Of a DNA stretch of 64,000 nucleotides, positions 59,033 to 64,000 are shown piece by piece. Source of the DNA: Asterias rubens. Taxonomy: Eukaryota. The notes under the pieces were generated by a model. It saw only the letters and a program-made list of their open reading frames with translations. It was not told the origin of the DNA and did no database searches. The translations under genes and the position numbers were made by a program. The stretch covers positions 1,302,001 through 1,366,000 of the forward strand of contig NC_047080.1 in the NCBI RefSeq assembly GCF_902459465.1, given 5' to 3'. How positions within the stretch are numbered: the stretch's first letter is position 1; every line of letters begins with the position of its first letter.

Positions 59033-62000
59033 ATGGTAGGATGGATGGTTGTCGTTGTGTTGGAAATTAAATCGCCTTTAAATCTCTAACATCGTTTAAA
59101 ATTATCACATTAAATTGAAGTATTATACCCAAGAATGGTATATCTGCAAATACATATCATTATTTGTATTCAACTATATTTGAAACAATCGTAAAATGCT
59201 ACAAATATGTAACGTATGAGTATTGCAATGCGTTGGGCCATGACAATCTGTTTCTAAACCTGTTTACGAGGGCCATAACCTTAAAATGCTGATATTATTT
59301 GTCTGTTTGGGCTTCATTCTTGTGGGAATAACTTGTTAATAAGTTTAGAAATTTGTTCAGAAAGTGTAATAACGTTCATATGACGACGAAAATGTAATAT
59401 AAATTATATGAAATATAAAATAAATAAAAAATATTTGACCATTTTCAATTTCTTTTTCCCAAACAGAATACACATGCTTAATTAAAAAAAGCCAGGGCAT
59501 TTAGTCATACATTTTTCAAAATTAATGTGAAATTGAAAATGTTTACCGAGACAGAATGTGAGGGTGCTTGGCCATTGGATGGTGGATTGCATTTGACTTT
59601 GAAGCTGGAAAGGAAATTAATTTAATAATTGACAAAATTATGAACTTCTGTTTGGGAATGTAATTTTCGAAAGGAATGACAAAAAGTTCAGACTTTTCTC
59701 TGAAGATCAAGCAATTACACACCAAACTAGTTAGTAAACTCACAATGAATTGCTTTGACTTTTCAGCCCAAAGCCAAGAAAGCTCCGAGGGGTAAGAAGG
59801 TGGCTCCGGCCCCTTACGCAGCTCGCCAAGCTGCCCCCAAGAAGGTTGTCAACCCCCTTTTTGAGAAGCGTCCCAAGAACTTTGGCATCGGTAAGTAAAG
59901 ATCAAAAGTAAATCCGACCCACCTTTGTTTTTGTTGGTTGTATTTTCCTAACCATTTGGGAAAGATTACAAGTTTGTATTCCGCCATCATTGACAAGTGG
60001 AAAAGTTTGCTTCAGCGTGCTTTCCTTGTTACCAGTCAAAGCTTTTATGTTCTTGAATTATTAATTAATAACAATGGAAGTTCATTTTCAATTTCCAAAG
60101 GGAACTTCACTAGGAAAAGTGTATGGGAAATGTTTAAAGGGGCGCCAAGAACAGTGGGCTACAGCCAGTGTAATTCCAAGCCGAAAGACATTTTTAAAAA
60201 CGACACATTCTAAACTCTTATCATTGTTTTCAGGTCAAGGCATCCAGCCTAAGCGTGACTTGTCCCGCTTTGTCAAGTGGCCCAAGTATGTCCGTCTGCA
60301 ACGTCAGCGTGCCATCCTCTTCAAGCGTCTGAAGGTTCCACCATCCATCAACCAGTTCAACCAGACCTTGGACCGTCAGACAGGTATAAATAGAAGCTTC
60401 ATCCATCCTCTGCCTTATTTAGTGAACGATTCCCAATGTCCAAGAACAAAATTCTACACAACATTAGCATTTAGTGTGCACAAAATGTTCTGTCCAAATA
60501 TTTTGCTATGCTTGTTCAAAATCATTCCCTAAACAACAAACGAACGAACATAATGTTTATTTTTAGCAAAAAAGGAAGTCCTCTTCTATAAATTCTTGAG
60601 CTATTCCTGCAGTGATGTGTTGAATTTCTTCACCTGAAGAGCCCATGGCTTAATGTGTGGATCAAACACCGAGCTTTTTAAATCTGAGCAGGATAATCAA
60701 CAAAGAGTTATTATTTTAGGCTAAAATGTCAAAATTACTTTTAAAAAAAACTTAAATTATCTGTATCGTTAACTGTTTTATCTCCTCTCGCCTCCGCCCA
60801 ATAGCCACCCAGCTGTTCCGTCTGATGAACAAGTACCGCCCCGAGACCAAGCAGGATAAGAAGCAACGCCTGCGAGCTCGTGCTGCCCTGCGTGCTGAGG
60901 GCAAAGAAGATGTCCCAACTCGCCGCCCCAACATCGTCAGGTCCGGGGTGAACACAGTGACTTCACTAGTTGAGTCCAAGAAGGCTCAGCTGGTCATGAT
61001 CGCCCATGATGTTGATCCTATTGAGGTATGTATGCGTAAAGGAGTGAAGAAGCAGTGGTATAGTTTTGGAAAAAATTATATCGCATTATAGAATTCGTCC
61101 TGTGTGTTTGCTGCATGGAAAACAAGCTAGACACGTCTCCAATGTTAAGAGTTTATGGATCTTGTGGCCAATTCTGGAGTTCTCACACGATTACAGTTTT
61201 AAATAGGTGATGTTTGGCGTGTTGGATGGAAAGGATTTACAGAGTCTAAGTGCAAGCAATCCTCGCACCCCTCCAACTTTGTTGATTCTTTGTGACTTCT
61301 TCGTTCTGGACTGTAGGTCGTGTATAAAGAACTTTGTATTGATAATTTTGTACTCCTGCAGTGATGTTTTGAATTTCTTCACCTGAAGAGCCCATGGCTT
61401 AATGTGTGGATCAAACACCGAGCTTTTTAAATCTGAGCAGGAATAAGATCAAATCAAATGAAAGTTTTTTACATTGTTAAAAAGTCACTCTTCAGTTTAT
61501 TTGGTTCTATCTTTGCGGTATGTTAAAGTAAATTATATTTTCATCTTTCTTTTTGTTAGGTGGTGATGTTCCTTCCAGCTCTGTGCCGCAAAATGGAAGT
61601 GCCCTACTGCATCATTAAGGGAAAGGCACGACTTGGAGCCGTCGTTCATCGCAAGACCGCAACGTGCTTGGCATTCAGCAATGTCAACAGGTAAAAACAG
61701 TCTTCCTTTACTCTGAAAATGTGCACTTGAAAAGCTCGAGTATGCCTCATGTGCAATCTGCCAATACTTGACAGTCTGATTTATGGTGGAAGTTGAAATA
61801 AAAGTTCTGTTTCAAGTTAAAGAAATGTGTTTACATGATCAGAAATCTCAGACTTTTATCTGAATTTTGAATATTTTGTTGTCTACCTAGTGAGAAAGAA
61901 AGCAACAAGTTTTGATTGGTTTTAAAAAAAATTCCCAGGGCCTCCTTGAAATCTATAGCTCCGGAGGTTACTAGAGAGTTGAAAACTCATCATTTTAACA

Positions 62001-62757
62001 TAACTCCTAAAAAGTAGATCCCCAATTCAGACTTTTTGTCAGTACTGATGCTCACTCCTGTACTTATGAAGTAGAATTGTAGACTAATACTTGTAGGTAA
62101 TTATCTTCCTCTCTTTTCCCCCAGCGAGGACAAGGGTTCTCTGGCCAAGATCATTGAAGCAGTCAAGACCAACTACAATGACAGATACGAGGAGGTGCGT
62201 ACAAAGACATCCTGGGAAATTTTCTTAAGCATAGGTGGAGTCTGGGCAAGACTGACCGTACAAACGCGTTCTTGCGATGATGTATTGAATTTCTTCACCT
62301 GAAGCAATAGCTATGTGGATCAAATCATCGAGCTTTTTAAATCTGAGTAGGAACGTACAAAAACAAAGTTTGTCAGTCAGTAAACATTTTTGGTATCTAC
62401 TTTTGAATCCATTGGAACTGTTGACCAACAGTGGACATTATGAAGTTGTGCTGGGAGTTGTACGATTGTGCCCCCCCCAAAACATTTGTTCATTACTGTG
62501 CATACCAATCTTTCCAAAGTAAAAAAAGTTTGGTGTCGAGTGATCATAGGGTAGTGGGAGATTGAGGGTTGCATGTCGACATGGCCCACAGGGAGTTCTC
62601 ACTTTCCTAACAATTATCAATGCATAACATTTCTGTCTTTACCTTCCCTTCGCAGATCCGTCGTCATTGGGGTGGTGGACAGCTCGGCAGCAAGAGCAAC
62701 GACAGAATTCGCAAGCTGGAGAAGATCAAGGCAAAGGAGCTGGCAAGCCGGACATAA
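59033..62757 (+). CDS. RPL7A: 60S ribosomal protein L7a (eL8, Surfeit-3)
   Basis: Exons 59033-59035 (ATG only), 59767-59890, 60234-60383, 60805-61025, 61560-61690, 62125-62194 and 62656-62757. Motifs: [82 protein letters not shown]. Confidence 0.98.
60606..60692 (+). ncRNA. SNORD36: C/D box snoRNA, U36/SNORD36 family (copy 1, RPL7A intron 3)
   Basis: It has a cctgc/gcagg terminal stem, a C box (GTGATGT, 60612) and a D box (CTGA, 60684). Guide TTGAATTTCTTCAC + D' CTGA is antisense to LSU rRNA GUGAAGAAAUUCAA. Guide CGAGCTTTTTAA + D is antisense to 18S UUAAAAAGCUCG. Confidence 0.92.
61355..61442 (+). ncRNA. SNORD36: C/D box snoRNA, U36/SNORD36 family (copy 2, RPL7A intron 4)
   Basis: It has the same boxes and both guides (C box 61361, D box 61433) and differs from copy 1 at one position by eye. 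Confidence 0.92.
62268..62354 (+). ncRNA. SNORD36: C/D box snoRNA, U36/SNORD36 family (copy 3, RPL7A intron 6)
   Basis: It has a gttcttgc/gtaggaac stem, a C box (GATGATG, 62276), both guides intact and a D box (62343). The middle segment is diverged. Confidence 0.9.
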
Positions 62758-64000
62758 ACTTTAAGAAACACACATTGAGCGCTATTAAAACCATACACCA
62801 ATTCGCCAACAATATTTTGGAATTCTTCATGCCTTCATCCTTGGAATGTCAAGGCTGTTTTTTTACATTGGCCGCCAACTCTCAACCTTTGACAAGTGTT
62901 CACGAGAACGAGTGTAAAATAAAACCAAGAGGTAGTGGAAGTAAATAAAAACAAAACAGTTACCTGTGGAAACAGTGGAGCATTTGTGTTCTTTTGTGTT
63001 GTTTATTTTGTATGAAGCCACGTGTTGACTTTCCATTAAGCTCTAAGCCTTATGCTAAACAGCGTCTGCCTGCCCAATACATCACACTGTAGTAATAAGT
63101 CAGACTTATAAAGCTCCCAACTTGCATTTTGGCACTTAAATTAAGAGTTGAAAAATAAAAATGCAGTTTCCAGAGATGTATTCAACGGTAAACATAAAAC
63201 TTCGTCTACAGCTAAATTTATTATTTCTTCAAGTAATACTAACGAGTGGATAATTTTCATCAAGTCGAAAAAAGAGACTCCAAAGGTCAAAATCAGTTTT
63301 GTGATTAACTCATTTTCCAATAGAGTTGTTATGAAACTGGGGACAAATTGCAAGTCGCTAACCTTGTGTTAAAATTCTACCATATACATGTAATTGCACT
63401 TTCAATTAAAAAATTCGATAATGTTGCATTTCAAATTATAAGGTCGTGTGTTTTTATGTACAGAGAATTCTTGGTTCATTGCTGAATTTCTGTGGGGTTA
63501 GAGGCTTGTTATTTCCCCCCTTTTTCGTGAGGATTCCTTGTTGGAAATTGAGTGCATCACAAGAATTGACTTTGGAGACCCTCACAGCTCTTTCACACTA
63601 GTCAAATTCCCAGACAAATTTGGTTGACAAAACTCTCTGAAAGATAAATCAGTGAGCTTTCAGACTAAACCTGTTGTTCACCTCTTCTTTTTTATCAATT
63701 ACCAACAATTTCCTATCCTAAACAATAAAATATAGCATAAAATATATATTATATATCATCAATAGAGCATTTGAATCTATATTCATTACAGACACATATC
63801 CATCAACTAGAAAACCTTATACATCTCATACAACTTTTCTTAAAAGGCACTGGACACTTTTGGTAATTTTCAAAGACCAGTATTCTCACTTGGTGTATCC
63901 CAACATATGCAACAAATCTGTGAAAATTTGGACTTAATTTGTCATCCAAGTTGCAAGAGAAAAATGAAAGAAAAACACCCTTGTTGCACAGATACCTAAT

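Overview
Intron-rich, AT-rich animal genomic DNA. It is probably an invertebrate deuterostome such as a sea star; this is inferred from gene content and repeat style and has not been tested. Gene order: 3' part of a TPR-CHAT (TTC28-like) gene (+); MRPS2 (-); about 10 kb of repeats, including a ~2.9-kb element with ~520-bp terminal inverted repeats and a hairpin-bearing minisatellite; POLR1H/ZNRD1 (-); a full-length BEL/Pao LTR retrotransposon (7,144 bp, apparently identical LTRs, AGCAT target-site duplication, tRNA-Tyr primer-binding site, apparent spliceosomal intron inside the LTR); an unidentified ~572-aa low-complexity gene (+); ABCF1 (-); and a head-to-head MED22 (-)/RPL7A (+) pair, as in the vertebrate Surfeit locus. 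RPL7A hosts three dual-guide U36 C/D snoRNAs. MITEs and SINEs are scattered through introns. All exon models were built by hand from splice signals and frame continuity, and no database search was run.
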